A stretch of 64,000 bases of DNA from a virus (lineage: Duplodnaviria; Caudoviricetes): positions 1-64,000 of the IMG/VR virus record IMGVR_UViG_3300010429_000979. One strand, 5' to 3'. This document shows positions 63,334 through 64,000 of this stretch, piece after piece. Position numbers and translations under genes: made by a program. How positions within the stretch are numbered: the first letter of the stretch is position 1; each line of letters starts with the position of its first letter. The notes under the pieces are model-generated. The model ran no database searches. It saw only the letters and a list, made by a program, of their open reading frames with translations, and had not been told where the DNA came from.

Positions 63334-64000
63334 CGCTTGGAATATATTACTAGAAGAGGAACGAGTATCTTTATCCTTAGCTCATGGCCATAATAAATCG
63401 ACTTGGCAAGCTGGGGAAATTATGAACAAGGCCCACTACAAATACATTGAGATTAAAAGGCGGGCTGAGTTTTTCCTAAAGACTTTCACTGAATACTATG
63501 ATCTCTATCCAGATTTCTGGCCAGAGAAATATGAGTTTCCTGAAGCTTTCAAGGAACTGATAGAATACACTATGATAGCCCGCATGCCATTAAAGGAATC
63601 GCTACTAAAGGTCTCATCCGGCGGTTATCAGATTGCCTCTTACAGGAACAGACAGATTACCCAGATCTTAGCCGATATGAAGGCTTCAAAGGATAGTCAT
63701 GTAATCGATCTCTATGAGCTAATCCTTGAATTTGACAGGTGGAACAATTTCAGAATCCTTCCTCCTAAATGCCAAGAACCCTCCGCATTCGAGAGAAGGA
63801 ATAAAACAAGAGAACTCAAATATATCAGGAGGTTGGCTAAATTACCTGAGTTTACTATCGCTAAGCTAAGGGAACGTTACGAATACAAAGGTAGTCATAA
63901 AAAACTTTATGTCATCATCCTCTCAAAACACTTACCTAGCTATTTCTTAGTGATGGGGATAAAAGACATTGACAAACACGTCAGTGAAATGTCACGACTG
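63323..64000 (+). CDS. hypothetical protein with N-terminal HTH-like segment (partial, runs off window end)
   Basis: Hand translation MNRNAWNILLEEERVSLSLAHGHNKSTWQAGEIM... is open to the end of the window. Confidence 0.7.
   Translation, partial: MNRNAWNILLEEERVSLSLAHGHNKSTWQAGEIMNKAHYKYIEIKRRAEFFLKTFTEYYDLYPDFWPEKYEFPEAFKELIEYTMIARMPLKESLLKVSSGGYQIASYRNRQITQILADMKASKDSHVIDLYELILEFDRWNNFRILPPKCQEPSAFERRNKTRELKYIRRLAKLPEFTIAKLRERYEYKGSHKKLYVIILSKHLPSYFLVMGIKDIDKHVSEMSRL

Noticed and set aside
1-64000. Stop-codon reassignment (TAG or TGA)
   Set aside because: Long conserved genes are intact under the standard code and all three stops end genes at tight junctions
1-64000. tRNA/rRNA genes, integrase or att sites
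   Set aside because: No cloverleaf, rRNA-like tract or recombinase motif recognised by eye; a tRNAscan run would be needed to exclude tRNAs fully

Overview
A 64-kb segment of a large contractile-tailed (myovirus-type) dsDNA phage that most likely infects a Bacteroidota host. The host call rests on TAnnTTTG -7 promoter boxes and several signal peptides followed by Gln. Layout: AT-rich early-type genes and GC-rich structured spacers (1-2.9 kb); a repeat-domain structural protein; a minus-strand cluster of small membrane or secreted proteins; a divergent C5-cytosine methyltransferase; a head, tail and baseplate module (8.8-31.2 kb); a 2754-aa fibre-like gene with two companions; a lysis cassette; a divergently transcribed sigma-like gene; and a replication, recombination and nucleotide-metabolism block ending in a NusG paralog. 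From memory the gene order resembles Flandersviridae/Gubaphage-type Bacteroidota phages (unchecked). Top candidate for a new system: the three genes at the tail-fibre locus all carry Sec signal peptides. The giant one also has about 36 Bacteroidota O-glycosylation sequons and duplicated 4-Cys modules, suggesting fibres that are exported, glycosylated by the host and disulfide-bonded in the periplasm. Second candidate: two tandem thymidylate-synthase-fold genes with the dCMP-type Asp, next to a dCTPase-like gene, a deaminase and a kinase, suggesting cytosine modification. All annotation and counts were made by eye, with no database searches.
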